A stretch of DNA of 64,000 nt from Dehalococcoidia bacterium (GCA_965116255.1 OZ220670.1:522293-586292); one strand, 5' to 3'; shown: positions 17,680 to 27,599, counted from the stretch's first letter. Notes: generated by a model from the sequence alone, not told the origin. A program made the numbers and translations.

Positions 17680-18630
17680 ATGCCTTACCAGTACCGCAAA
17701 TTCCCTGAAATGTCGTGGTCGCACAGCCGCCGCGAAAAGTTCCAGCAGTGCCTGCGCAAGTACTACTACCACTACTACGCCTCCCATAACGGCTGGAGCC
17801 AGGATGGCTCGTCGTATGCGCAGCGTGCCTACCGGCTGAAGAACCTGACGAGTCTGCCCTTGGAAATAGGCGCCGTCGTCCATGAGGCGGCGTCGCAAGC
17901 GTTGCACGCAGTACGCTCTGGCACGAAGGCGCCGACTGTGGAACAGATGTACGCGGCGGCGCGCAACCGTCTGAACAAGGCGTGGGCCGATTCGCAGAAC
18001 CGCGGCCTGTGGCTAGGTTCACCTAAGGACATGCGAATGTTCAGGGAGTTCTACTACGACGTGGGCATCGACGAATACCAGGTTGCAGAGGCCAAGGAAC
18101 AGGTGAAAGCGTGCCTTTCGCACCTGCCCGAGTCTGTGAGCTTCCAGGAAGCCGCCGCCGCGGCGCGCGTCTACTTGCGGGCGATAGAGGGGTTCGTAAC
18201 ATACGACGTCGGTGGCACACCCGTCCATGCGGTGCCCGACCTCGCATTCCGAAATAACCGCGATGAATGGACGGTGGTGGACTGGAAGTCAGGCAAGCGA
18301 GAGGACAACCGGGAGCAGATGACGGTCTACGCCCTGTACGTACGGGAGGTGCACGGCGTAGCGGCTCCGAATATCCGTGCACGCATCGAATGGCTGTGGC
18401 CGGGTAAGGCAGAGGAGTTGGCGTTTACGGCCGACGACCTCAACCAGTGTGCCGAGGGCATACGCGACAGCGTGTCGACGATGCAGCAGTACCTAGTCGA
18501 CGCAGAGCTCAACGCGCCGCTCGTGCCTGAAGACTTTCCGCTGCGTGCTGATAGAGAGGAATGCCGCCTCTGCGAATTCTATGAGCTGGACAAGGAACAG
18601 CTTGCGGAAGGGGCCGGCAGGACCTTCTAA
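17680..18630 (+). CDS. PD-(D/E)XK nuclease superfamily protein (Cas4/RecB-like), orphan
   Basis: Motifs in order: the D of VPDLAF, DWK in WTVVDWKSGK, and QMTVYALY (QxxxY). Cys residues lie at both termini (FQQC..., ECRLCEF). ATG 17680 is preceded by GGGAGAGGG. Confidence 0.7.
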   Translation: MPYQYRKFPEMSWSHSRREKFQQCLRKYYYHYYASHNGWSQDGSSYAQRAYRLKNLTSLPLEIGAVVHEAASQALHAVRSGTKAPTVEQMYAAARNRLNKAWADSQNRGLWLGSPKDMRMFREFYYDVGIDEYQVAEAKEQVKACLSHLPESVSFQEAAAAARVYLRAIEGFVTYDVGGTPVHAVPDLAFRNNRDEWTVVDWKSGKREDNREQMTVYALYVREVHGVAAPNIRARIEWLWPGKAEELAFTADDLNQCAEGIRDSVSTMQQYLVDAELNAPLVPEDFPLRADREECRLCEFYELDKEQLAEGAGRTF

Positions 18631-18634
18631 CCAC

Positions 18635-19522
18635 CTACGCGTGGATGGAGGCCTTCTCCAGCAGTGGCTTTGTGCTGACGATGTGGCGGCCCAAGCCGAG
18701 GGACTTAGTGTCCAGACCAAACGCCATGCCGAGCAACTGAGGCAGGTGGAGGATGGGCAAATCGGCTTTCTCGCCACGCTGGGCGCGCGCCTTGGGCTGG
18801 TAGCCATCGAGGTTAAGGTGGCATAGCGGGCACGGGGTGACCATCGCGTCGGCACCGGCTTCCGACGCGTCGTGCGTGTGCTTGCCGGTCATCGCCGTCG
18901 CGTTCTTCTCGTTGATGAGCAAGATAGGGAAGCCACAGCAGCGCGTGCGCCCGGGGAAGTTGACGGGCTCGGAGCCAAGCGTTTCGATGATGCGCTCTAG
19001 GTACTGTTCACGCCCGGGATTCTCATCGATGCCGAGCGCCCATGAGGGGCGCAGGATGTAGCAACCGTAGAACGGGGCAATCTTGAGCGAGGGCATCGGG
19101 TTGACGACAAGTGACTTCACGTGGTCGAGGCCTATCTCTTCGACCAGTACCCAGACGAGGTGCTTGACGATGACGCGCCCGGTGTACTCGAGGCCCTCCG
19201 GCTTCAGTTCGCGGTTGATTTCAGAAAGGTAGTCGGAGTCGTTGACGAGGCGGTGGTTGGCCTGCGCCATGACTCCCTGGCAGGTGGAGCAGATAGTGAG
19301 GATGGTCGTCAGCCCCATGCGCTCGGCCAAGGCGAACGTGCGAGCGTTGAGGGTGTCGCCAAGTTTCAGACCCTTCTCTTGCAGCACACCGGCTCCGGTG
19401 CATGCAGCGCCGATGATCTCTTGCAATTCAATACCGAGCTTGTCGGCAACGGCCATCGTGGAAGAGTAGAGTTCAGGCGCTCCGCCCCGAGAAACGCAGC
19501 CGGGGTAAAAGGCGTACTTCAT
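18635..19522 (-). CDS. HdrB-like CCG-domain subunit of type-E succinate dehydrogenase/fumarate reductase (SdhE/SdhC-type)
   Basis: Two Cys-rich CCG domains (YPGC...CTGAG...CSTC and FYGC...RCCGFP...CPLCH). Immediately downstream of sdhA-sdhB on the same strand. Confidence 0.8.
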   Translation of the reverse strand: MKYAFYPGCVSRGGAPELYSSTMAVADKLGIELQEIIGAACTGAGVLQEKGLKLGDTLNARTFALAERMGLTTILTICSTCQGVMAQANHRLVNDSDYLSEINRELKPEGLEYTGRVIVKHLVWVLVEEIGLDHVKSLVVNPMPSLKIAPFYGCYILRPSWALGIDENPGREQYLERIIETLGSEPVNFPGRTRCCGFPILLINEKNATAMTGKHTHDASEAGADAMVTPCPLCHLNLDGYQPKARAQRGEKADLPILHLPQLLGMAFGLDTKSLGLGRHIVSTKPLLEKASIHA

Positions 19523-19542
19523 GCAAACCTCACCGTTCCCGC

Positions 19543-20541
19543 CTAGTTATGCGCGCCCATCCCGGCTGCCGTCGCCAAGCTCGAAGGCTCGTCGGCGAGG
19601 CGGTCGAAGATGCGCTTGATGTTCTCAGCGCCGGGGCGCTTGTGATGAAGCAGGCCCGGCCTGGGCATTTTGCCGCGTACAAGCGCCCGCAAGCCCACCG
19701 GGGCGCTGCCAATCAGCTTGGGCAAGTTGAACTTGCCCCACGAGTCAACCGCAAGCATTGTCTCGTCGAGCCAGCCCGCACGGGAGACCGAGCGGACGAA
19801 CGATTCGACGTGCCGCGAGCCGATAGTGCTCGGCATTCCGGCGCGCTGCACGGCCTCACGCAGCTCCATGATGCGGTCCATCGGCGCGACGCCCTTAGGG
19901 CAGACCTGCACGCACTCGTAGCAGCGGGTGCAGTCCCAAACACCGCCCGACTCATTGAGCAACCCCAGACGCTCAGCATCGGCCTCGTCGCGGGGGTCGC
20001 CTACGAATCGGTACGCCTTTGCCAAAGCAGCAGGGCCGAGGAAGTTGGGGTCCACCTCCAGGACGGTGCAGTCGGAGACGCAGGCGCCGCACATGATGCA
20101 GCCCATCGGCGTGATGAGGTTAAGCATCGATTCGTTAGAAGCGATGTACTCCTCTTCGGGCTCGGGGCCCTTCGGCTGCAAGAAGGGGTCGACGGAGCGA
20201 ATCTTGTCCCAGAAGAGGCTGGCGTCGGTCACAAGGTCACGAACCACGCGCTGATTGCCCATCGGCTCAACGTCCACCGGTTCGCCCTCGGGTGCAACCG
20301 TCGTCATCTTCGTCTTGCAAGCGAGGCGCGCCCGGCCATTGACGCGCATGGCGCACGAGCCGCAGATAGACGCGCGACAGGAGCAGCGAACGGCGAGGCT
20401 CGGGTCGACCTCCTCCCGTACCTTGATGAGCGAATCGAGGACGGTGAAGTGCTCTTCGATGTCTAGCGCGTACTCCTGGACGTGCGCCTCTGGGGCGTGT
20501 GCTTCAGGGTCGTAGCGCTTCACTCGTAGCGTCGCCTGCAT
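19543..20541 (-). CDS. sdhB: succinate dehydrogenase/fumarate reductase iron-sulfur subunit (type E, extended C-terminus)
   Basis: [2Fe-2S] region CSCRASICGSCAM, plus CIMCGACVSDC and CTRCYECVQVCP. The third cluster motif has the extra Cys typical of non-classical SdhB. ~90-aa C-terminal extension. Confidence 0.85.
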   Translation of the reverse strand: MQATLRVKRYDPEAHAPEAHVQEYALDIEEHFTVLDSLIKVREEVDPSLAVRCSCRASICGSCAMRVNGRARLACKTKMTTVAPEGEPVDVEPMGNQRVVRDLVTDASLFWDKIRSVDPFLQPKGPEPEEEYIASNESMLNLITPMGCIMCGACVSDCTVLEVDPNFLGPAALAKAYRFVGDPRDEADAERLGLLNESGGVWDCTRCYECVQVCPKGVAPMDRIMELREAVQRAGMPSTIGSRHVESFVRSVSRAGWLDETMLAVDSWGKFNLPKLIGSAPVGLRALVRGKMPRPGLLHHKRPGAENIKRIFDRLADEPSSLATAAGMGAHN

Positions 20542-20570
20542 GGCACCTCCGTTGCCTGACCCTCGCGCGC

Positions 20571-22283
20571 CTAGTAGACGCGGGCCTGCGGCTCCCAGGT
20601 AGTAATCGTGACCGGCAGTGTGCCGACTTTGGCGCCGCCGTTGTCAAGCACGGCGGTGGTGTGCTTCATCCATTTGTCGTCATTGCGCTCGGGCATGTCG
20701 CGCCGGAAGTGTGCGCCCCTGCTCTCCTTCCGAGTGAGTCCCGCGGCGCAAATCGTCTCTGACAGGTCGAGCATGAACCCGAGTTCCAGATGGAAGATGA
20801 GGGAAGTGTTGTATACCCGCCCCTTGTGGGGAACGGATAGGCGCTCGTAGCGCTGCTTGAGTTCTTGGACCTTGGCAGCAGCGACTTGCATTCCATCTTC
20901 CGTGCGGAAGACGGCGAGGTGCTCGTTCATTGCCTGCCCCATTTCAAGGCGAACCTTGGCGGTATAGTCGTCAGGTACGCCGGGTCGGTCGAGTACCTCC
21001 TTGATGCGGCGCTCGTTATCGGCGCGGTGGGCGTCGGCCGAGGGCTCGGCAAAGTCAGTGTCGCGTGCATACTCGGCGGCGACCTCACCGGCAATCTTGC
21101 CGAAAACGACGGTTTCAAGAAGGGAGTTGGCGCCCAGGCGATTGCCGCCGTGCGCACTGACGCAGGCTGTCTCGCCGGCGGCGAATAGGCCTCGGACGCC
21201 GGCCCAGCGGTTCTCGCCGGAATCGTCCCACGTGCGGGTGGCGATATCGGTCTTTATCCCCCCCATGATGTAGTGCTGGCCCGGGCGAATGGGGACCGGG
21301 TCGTCGGCGATGTCCACGTTGGCAAAGTCCATCGCCACCTCATGGATGTAACCGAGTTTGGTCATGATGAGGTCACGGCCTAGGTGGCGGAGGTCTAACA
21401 GCACGCAGCCGTTGACGCCTCTCCCCTCTTCTATCTCTGTCTGCTCCGCGCGAGACACGACGTCGCGAGACGCCAGCTCCTTCATCTTTGGGGCGTAGTG
21501 CTCCATGAAGCGCTCGCCCTTGGAGTTCAGGAGATATGCCCCTTCCCCTCGTGCGGCCTCGGTAAGGAGAACGCCGTTGCCCATGAGGGTCGTCGGGTGG
21601 TACTGCACCATCTCCATGTCGAGGAGGGTAGCGCCGTAACGATAAGCGAGGGCCATACCGTCGCCGGTGCAGATGAGGGCATTGGTGGTCGGTTCGAACG
21701 CGCGCCCGACGCCGCCGCTAGCCAGTATCGTCGCCTTGGCGGTGATGGCGCGGATCTGGCCGGTCATCAGGTCCATCGCCACGACCCCCTTGCAGACATT
21801 GTCTTCGACGATGAGGTCGACGACGAACCACTCCTCATAGGAGCGCACGCCGGAGCGAATGATCTGCTCGTACATGACGTGGAGGATGGCTTGGCCCGTA
21901 ATGTCGGCTACGAAGAAGGTGCGGGCGTATGACGCACCGCCGAAAGCGCGCGTGCCCAGGCGACCCTCCTCGTCGCGGTTGAAGACGACGCCCATGTGCT
22001 CGAGGTTGATGATCTCGCCAGGAGCCTCATTGCACATCAACTCGATAGCGTCCTGATCGCCAAGGTAATCGCTGCCCTTGACGGTGTCATAGACATGTGA
22101 GTTAACGGAATCCTCCGCTCCACGGAGGGCTGCGTTGATGCCGCCTTGAGCGGCATTGGAGTGGCTACGTACCGGATGGACTTTCGAGATGATGGCGACT
22201 TGCGCCCCAGCGCGATGCGCAGCAATCGCCGCTCGCATTCCAGCGAGCCCCGCGCCGACGACAAGCACGTCGTGGTCAGCCAT
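20571..22283 (-). CDS. sdhA: succinate dehydrogenase/fumarate reductase flavoprotein subunit
   Basis: [18 protein letters not shown] fold, [10 protein letters not shown] (covalent-FAD His), HPT, and [10 protein letters not shown] motifs. 570 aa. Confidence 0.93.
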   Translation of the reverse strand: MADHDVLVVGAGLAGMRAAIAAHRAGAQVAIISKVHPVRSHSNAAQGGINAALRGAEDSVNSHVYDTVKGSDYLGDQDAIELMCNEAPGEIINLEHMGVVFNRDEEGRLGTRAFGGASYARTFFVADITGQAILHVMYEQIIRSGVRSYEEWFVVDLIVEDNVCKGVVAMDLMTGQIRAITAKATILASGGVGRAFEPTTNALICTGDGMALAYRYGATLLDMEMVQYHPTTLMGNGVLLTEAARGEGAYLLNSKGERFMEHYAPKMKELASRDVVSRAEQTEIEEGRGVNGCVLLDLRHLGRDLIMTKLGYIHEVAMDFANVDIADDPVPIRPGQHYIMGGIKTDIATRTWDDSGENRWAGVRGLFAAGETACVSAHGGNRLGANSLLETVVFGKIAGEVAAEYARDTDFAEPSADAHRADNERRIKEVLDRPGVPDDYTAKVRLEMGQAMNEHLAVFRTEDGMQVAAAKVQELKQRYERLSVPHKGRVYNTSLIFHLELGFMLDLSETICAAGLTRKESRGAHFRRDMPERNDDKWMKHTTAVLDNGGAKVGTLPVTITTWEPQARVY

Positions 22284-22357
22284 GCAACGTCACAACCTTC
22301 CTGCCGGGGATGTTTCGACTATAGCACGAGCCTTTCGGCGAGGACAACGGCGATGCC

Positions 22358-24979
22358 CTAGCTGGCGGTGCTAGCGAGCCACGCCTCCAGCGACGCGGCG
22401 TTGCGTGCCACCCATGCCTCGTTCAGCCGGATGCGCTCGAGGCATTGCTGCACTGTCCTAGCGGCAGAAGGCACGGGATTAGCGTCGAAGAAGGCCTTTA
22501 CCTCCTCAGCACGAGCCGAGGTAGTGAAGCGGCCGCTGACCTCGACGAGCCGCATGATGGCGAAACCGCCCTTTCCGTACCGGCGGTCGAGCTCCTCCCA
22601 GTGCTCCTTGATGAACTCCCAGGTGCGGTCGCGAGCGTAACGGTTCGCGCCCGCGCGTACGAGAACAAGAACGGTGTCCTGTGAGCGCACGACTTCGGGG
22701 TTCATGGCGCGCTCAAGGAGGTCTGACAGCAAGTCCTGACGCTGGAAGTTGGTCATCGCGCCAAGCAAGCGCATCTTCTCTTCGTGGAGGTCGGCCTCGC
22801 CGTACAAACGCCACATCGTGTCGAAGGTCTCGCGGTCGCCGTCCAACGCGGCAAGGGCGTATGCGATGGAGCGAATATCGGGATGCAGCGCGGCGCCCTC
22901 TGAGGCGTAGGCCTTGAAGCGCGCTGCTGCCTCAGCGACAGTCGCCGTCGCGCCATAGCCGCCATACTGGCCAAGCGCCGTGGCGCGATAGAGCGCATCG
23001 AGGTGTCCTTCGCCGGGAGCTGCGTCCCAGCCTGCGCGAGCAGCGGCCTGTGCGAAGCGGTCGCGCGCGAAAGTGTCGAACGCATCGATAAAGGGCTGGT
23101 CGCTAAGCAACACTTGCATGCCGCGCAAGTTTGAGGCGAGGTCGCCAAGGACAGTGGCCTCGTTTTCGCCGTCGTAGGCACGAGCGAGCGATAGAAAGAC
23201 CGTGGCGGGCAGATGGCCAGCACGCATGAGGGCGTAGGCGTCGCTCTGCAACCCAAGGCGGTCTGACGGCGGCAGTTCGCCGGCGTCGACCGCATGGCGC
23301 AATCGTTCCCACTCTTCTTCGCCATAGTTGGCACGGAAGAAGCTGGTCTGGCCCGCGTTGACCTTTATCCAGTCGGTTGGCGACCCAGAAGGGTCTAGCC
23401 CTAGGGTCATCTCACGCTCGTCCATGAGTGTGGGCAGGCCTGCAAGGGAGTCTTCACGCGCAATGGCGACTGGAATCTGCCACGTGGCATTGTCATGGGC
23501 GGCATCTGTGCCGATGAGATCGTCGTAGAGGAAGCGGCGCTGATGAAGCGAAAGACTCACACCCTCGTTCCCGCGTAGGACGTCGACATTCACCACTGGG
23601 AAGCCCGTCTGCTTGACCCACGAGTCAGCGATGGCGACGGCAGGCTTACCCGATGCCTTCTCGAGCGCTTCCCACAGATGAGCGCCACGGGCGTTTGCGT
23701 AGGCATGGGCCTCAATATAGTCACGCAAACCCTGACGGAAGCGCTCGGGTTCCAGATAGTCCTCCAGCATCCGCAGGACGGAGCCGCCCTTGGAGTAGGA
23801 GATCGCATCGAACAGTTCGCGTATCTCTGCCGGATCGTTGACGGGCTGCTCAATGGGGTGAGACGTGCGGAGGGCGTCGAGTGCGAATGCGGAGTTCATG
23901 TCGTCGGACACGAACTGCGTCCACATCTCCCATTCGGGGTAGAGGTGGTCGACGGCCTTGTCTCCCATCCAAGAAGCGAACGACTCGTTGAGCCAGAGGT
24001 CATCCCACCACTCCATGGTCACAAGGTCGCCGAACCACATGTGCGCCATCTCGTGCGCGACGACTTGGAGGATGCGCTGCCGCGTTTGAGCGGCAGAGTT
24101 TTGCGGGTCGAAGAGAAGCGCGGTCTCGCGGTAGGTGATGCAGCCCCAGTTCTCCATCGCGCCTGCCGCGAAGTCAGGCACGGCGATGTGGTCCAATTTG
24201 GGCAGCGGGTACGGCGTGCCGAAGTAGTCGTTCAGGTACTCCAGCAGCCTAACGCTGTGGTCGAGTGCGAACCTCCCCTGCTCTTCCTTGCCGCGTGTCG
24301 CCCAGATGCGGTGGAGCACCCCGCCCGCATCCGTCTGTTCAACCGCTACGAAATCGCCGACGAGGAAGGCGAGGTAGTAGGTGGACATCGGAGGCGTCGA
24401 CTGAAAAGCGACAGCCTTTGCGCCGCATTCAGCCGCGCTCTCCTCCGCAATGGGCATGTTGGATATCGCAGTCAGGTCTTCGGGGATGACGAGGGTGACT
24501 GCGAAAGACGCCTTGGCGTTCGGCTCGTCCCAGCATGGAAACGCACGGCGGGCGTCCGTCGCCTCGAATTGGGTGGTGGCCAGCCACCGTTCGACACCGT
24601 CGGCGCCGGCATAGCGACTGCGGTAGAAGCCGCGCAACTGATCATTGAGCGTGCCCTGGAAGTCGAGATGAAGGGTCGCTTGCCCCATCGGAACGGGCCG
24701 CTCCGTGTGAATGGTCACGCGTTCCGACACCTCGTCGAGCGACGTTTGCGCTGCCAGCGTTTCGCCATTGGGCAAGGCAACGGCGGCACTGTCGATGGTC
24801 AACTCCGCGGCATTGGCGGTGATACTGTTCACTTCCTCGGCTACATCAAGCGCAATCTCGACGTGGCCTTGAAACGTGAATGCGTCAAGATCGGGGTGGA
24901 GCCGCAGGGCATAGTGCGTGGGCCGGACTGCGCCGGGTAGTCGGTGCGAAGTAGGCGACTGCACGGAGGTCATCTCCAA
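22358..24979 (-). CDS. pepN: M1 family aminopeptidase N
   Basis: GAMENWG exopeptidase motif and HEMAHMWFGDLVTMEWWDDLWLNESFA zinc motif (HExxH-18-E). 873 aa with an ERAP1-like C-terminal domain. Confidence 0.92.
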   Translation of the reverse strand: MEMTSVQSPTSHRLPGAVRPTHYALRLHPDLDAFTFQGHVEIALDVAEEVNSITANAAELTIDSAAVALPNGETLAAQTSLDEVSERVTIHTERPVPMGQATLHLDFQGTLNDQLRGFYRSRYAGADGVERWLATTQFEATDARRAFPCWDEPNAKASFAVTLVIPEDLTAISNMPIAEESAAECGAKAVAFQSTPPMSTYYLAFLVGDFVAVEQTDAGGVLHRIWATRGKEEQGRFALDHSVRLLEYLNDYFGTPYPLPKLDHIAVPDFAAGAMENWGCITYRETALLFDPQNSAAQTRQRILQVVAHEMAHMWFGDLVTMEWWDDLWLNESFASWMGDKAVDHLYPEWEMWTQFVSDDMNSAFALDALRTSHPIEQPVNDPAEIRELFDAISYSKGGSVLRMLEDYLEPERFRQGLRDYIEAHAYANARGAHLWEALEKASGKPAVAIADSWVKQTGFPVVNVDVLRGNEGVSLSLHQRRFLYDDLIGTDAAHDNATWQIPVAIAREDSLAGLPTLMDEREMTLGLDPSGSPTDWIKVNAGQTSFFRANYGEEEWERLRHAVDAGELPPSDRLGLQSDAYALMRAGHLPATVFLSLARAYDGENEATVLGDLASNLRGMQVLLSDQPFIDAFDTFARDRFAQAAARAGWDAAPGEGHLDALYRATALGQYGGYGATATVAEAAARFKAYASEGAALHPDIRSIAYALAALDGDRETFDTMWRLYGEADLHEEKMRLLGAMTNFQRQDLLSDLLERAMNPEVVRSQDTVLVLVRAGANRYARDRTWEFIKEHWEELDRRYGKGGFAIMRLVEVSGRFTTSARAEEVKAFFDANPVPSAARTVQQCLERIRLNEAWVARNAASLEAWLASTAS

Positions 24980-25041
24980 ATCGGGCGAATAGAGCCGCAG
25001 GCGTGCGGCTGGAGTAGAATATCAGCAGCGCAGGGTTGCCG

Positions 25042-25116
25042 TGGTACCCCCGGAGGGACTCGAACCCTCGCCACCGGCTCCGGAGGCCGGTACTCTATCC
25101 GCTGAGCTACGGGGGC
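25042..25116 (-). tRNA. tRNA-Arg (anticodon CCG), CCA encoded
   Basis: Minus-strand read: GCCCCCG TA GCTC AGCGGATA GAGT A CCGGC CTCCGGA GCCGG TGGC GAGGG TTCGAGT CCCTC CGGGGGT A CCA. Cloverleaf folds by hand, with a G1-U72 pair. Confidence 0.9.
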
Positions 25117-25217
25117 GTGAGATCAAGTATAGCGGAGCCCCTAGCGCAGAGTGGGGCGGCAAAATAGTCAACAAGGAAATGCCTGCGTCGTTGGGCGAAA
25201 AGCGAAACATTAGGCGC

Positions 25218-25246
25218 TTGACACCTTCCGCGCGCGGTGCATATCC
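25218..25246 (+). promoter_or_regulatory. candidate sigma-70-type promoter for the collagen-like gene
   Basis: TTGACA (25218-25223), a 17-nt spacer ending in TGC, then ATATCC (25241-25246). The -35 is perfect and the TG suggests an extended -10, but the -10 hexamer is weak. Lies ~100 nt upstream of ATG 25352. Confidence 0.3.
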
Positions 25247-25351
25247 TTCAACGCGGCTACGAACGAGATTTGTGGCCTCTGCGCTTGGGCGCGGGAGTGT
25301 GAACATCCGAGCCGCGAGCAATCTACTGGTAGATAAACAGAAGGGGGTCTC

Positions 25352-25858
25352 ATGAAACGCTTCCTAAGCGCCAGAGCCATGGTTCTTGTGCTGCTGCTTG
25401 CTGTCGTGTCGATGCTTGCGATTGCCTGCACCGGCGAGCAGGGACCCGCAGGTCCCGCAGGTGCGGCAGGTGCGGCAGGCGCCGCAGGCCCACAGGGCCC
25501 TGAAGGCCCGCAGGGCGACACCGGCCCACGCGGCAACACGGGCGCCCCTGGTCAGCCTGGCCCGCCCGGCCCGTCTCTCAACGCGAGCATCACCATTGAC
25601 ACGCTGATTACCGGCCCGGACGGGGGGCTTGAGGTGGCAGTCCTCGGCGCTGGTTGGTCTGCGCTGGAGGGTATCGCGCTCACAGTCATCCACCCGGATG
25701 GGAGTGAGGCAGCTGCCGGCCCAGCGCGTGCAACCAACTCAGGAATATTCCTGTACAACCTGACTATTGACGCATCGCGCTATGGCGTATACGGCATCGT
25801 GGCCCAGGGTGATGCAGGCGGCTCGGCTAGCGGTGTTGTCTGGGTAGCGGACAAGTAA
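25352..25858 (+). CDS. collagen-like triple-helix repeat protein, putative lipoprotein
   Basis: Signal peptide ending LAIAC (lipobox-like). 16 uninterrupted GXY triplets follow ([48 protein letters not shown], nt 25433-25576), then a ~90-aa beta-rich domain. SD AAGGGGG. Confidence 0.8.
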   Translation: MKRFLSARAMVLVLLLAVVSMLAIACTGEQGPAGPAGAAGAAGAAGPQGPEGPQGDTGPRGNTGAPGQPGPPGPSLNASITIDTLITGPDGGLEVAVLGAGWSALEGIALTVIHPDGSEAAAGPARATNSGIFLYNLTIDASRYGVYGIVAQGDAGGSASGVVWVADK

Positions 25859-25883
25859 ACCCCGCTTCACACAGATATCTCAT

Positions 25884-25927
25884 GTAAGCAAAGGGGCTCC
25901 ACCATACGGCGGGGCCCCTTTGCTTAC
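25884..25927 (+). terminator. strong stem-loop downstream of the collagen-like gene (putative intrinsic terminator, no U-tract)
   Basis: Perfect 14-bp stem, GTAAGCAAAGGGGC (25884-25897) with GCCCCTTTGCTTAC (25914-25927), and a 16-nt loop. Starts 26 nt after the stop codon. Confidence 0.5.
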
Positions 25928-26236
25928 GACGGCATCTTCTCCACACTACCCCTCCACCAACCGCCGGCCGTCAATGGCCAAGCGGTTATTGGCTATAGCG
26001 CGCGGCCCTAGCACCCGAGAGAACGCGGATACGTTCGCCTAGGTCAAACCGATAAGGAGCAGCCACACGGCTTGGGACCTGCGAGCGTAGCCTTCAGCGT
26101 CCTGAATGGCACGATGGGAGCCTCCAAGATGCGTCAGGGACCTGCTGCGGCGCAGCCTTCCACTGAGAAGAGCAAGCAGCACCTGTTTGACGATACTTCC
26201 TTCCGCTAGGAGCAGGGCGGCGTCAGGGGATTCACC

Positions 26237-27529
26237 CTAGGCAGGCGAGGGTGAAGAGTCGTCGGACACGGGTTCGACTTGGCGGACCAAGACACGCTTT
26301 AGCCGGCGACCGATCATGCTCAGTACTTCGATGCGGAGGCCACTCGATTCAACGGTATCCCCGACGGTCGGGAGGCGGCCTAGGCGGCTCGATATGAAGC
26401 CGCCGAGCGTGTCGAATCCCCCGCCGCCGATGTCAGCGTTGAACGCCTCATTGAACTCGTCGACAGGCATGCGGGCATCGACAACGACCTCTCCATTCGG
26501 GCGATGCTCCACGACGGGCTCCTGTACGTCGAATTCATCCTCTATCTCGCCGACTATCTCCTCCAGCAAGTCCTCAAGGGTGAGGATACCTGCGACGCCG
26601 CCGTACTCGTCGACGACGATTGCGATCTGCACGCGGCGCTCTTGGAACTCGGCGAGCATCTCGTCCACCCGCTTGGACTCAGGGACGAAGAAGGGCGGGC
26701 GGGCCAGAGTGCGCAGGGTGGGCATGGCGGAACCGCTAGCTGATGCCGCGGCAGCGAGCAAGTCGAGGCTATAGAGAACGCCGATCACGTTGTCCAGCGT
26801 TTCCTTGTACACAGGCAGGCGGCTGTGCCCGCCCTCGAGCATCCGCGCGCCGGCCTCCTCCAGACTAGCCGTAACCTCGATAGCATAGACGTCGACGCGC
26901 GGCACCATGATTTCGCGAACCGGCGTCTCTTCGAGCTGAAGAATGGCGCCAATCATCGCGCGTTCACGAGGGTCCAAAGGCTCGTCCTGAATCTGCTCTT
27001 CAACCGGGGGTGCTTCTTCTGCACGCTCTGCAGTACCGACGGGACTCACTTGCGCTGGGGTGGGTTCAGGCGCGGGTTGCCAGAGGCGGAAGAGGGCAGA
27101 CGCAAGCGGAACGAATGGCCATAGCCCCAGTTGGATAACGACCGCAGCAACCATGAGCCGCCCAACCGAGAACGTCGATACGATGACGCGGACCAAAGGC
27201 AGCAGGGCAACGAGCGCCAACCACAAGCCGGCAACGATGAGGGACAAGTAGACCCAGCCCCAGTCGGTAAGCCGCACAAATAGAGCGAGACTGGAGGCAG
27301 AAACGGCGGAGGCGGAGGCCAAGACGAAGAGGCTGACCGTCTCTTGATAGGCACTGCGCCCAGAGCGCAAGCGGCGGATGGTAGCCTCCCGAAGGCCGCG
27401 TTCGGGAAGAGCATCACGGACATTGCTGCGCCTAATCAGTGGGAGGGCAGTTTCGACTGCATGCGCGCCCAAGAAGATGACTGTCGAAACGATGAGCAGT
27501 ACCAGTAGCGCCGTACTACCACTATCCAA
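26237..27529 (-). CDS. hemolysin/CNNM family protein (DUF21-CBS pair-CorC_HlyC)
   Basis: N-terminal 4-TM DUF21-like region, a CBS pair ([13 protein letters not shown]...), and a C-terminal CorC/HlyC transporter-associated domain ([17 protein letters not shown]). Confidence 0.85.
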   Translation of the reverse strand: MDSGSTALLVLLIVSTVIFLGAHAVETALPLIRRSNVRDALPERGLREATIRRLRSGRSAYQETVSLFVLASASAVSASSLALFVRLTDWGWVYLSLIVAGLWLALVALLPLVRVIVSTFSVGRLMVAAVVIQLGLWPFVPLASALFRLWQPAPEPTPAQVSPVGTAERAEEAPPVEEQIQDEPLDPRERAMIGAILQLEETPVREIMVPRVDVYAIEVTASLEEAGARMLEGGHSRLPVYKETLDNVIGVLYSLDLLAAAASASGSAMPTLRTLARPPFFVPESKRVDEMLAEFQERRVQIAIVVDEYGGVAGILTLEDLLEEIVGEIEDEFDVQEPVVEHRPNGEVVVDARMPVDEFNEAFNADIGGGGFDTLGGFISSRLGRLPTVGDTVESSGLRIEVLSMIGRRLKRVLVRQVEPVSDDSSPSPA

Positions 27530-27599
27530 GGATGTTAACCGTCTCCTTTCGCAATGCCCCGCATTCTATCTCTGAACGCTTATCCGGGGCTGAACTGGG

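Noticed and set aside
19549-20466. 305-aa ORF on the + strand
   Set aside because: It is antisense to sdhB, whose Fe-S cysteine motifs are unambiguous on the minus strand.
23678-24940. 420-aa ORF on the + strand
   Set aside because: It is antisense to the M1 aminopeptidase N gene (GAMEN and HExxH-E motifs are on the minus strand). No motif, and shadow-frame composition.
25433-25576. Nucleotide-level periodic repeat, considered as a non-coding tandem repeat or array
   Set aside because: It is in frame within a signal-peptide-bearing ORF and encodes uninterrupted GXY collagen triplets, so it is a coding repeat.
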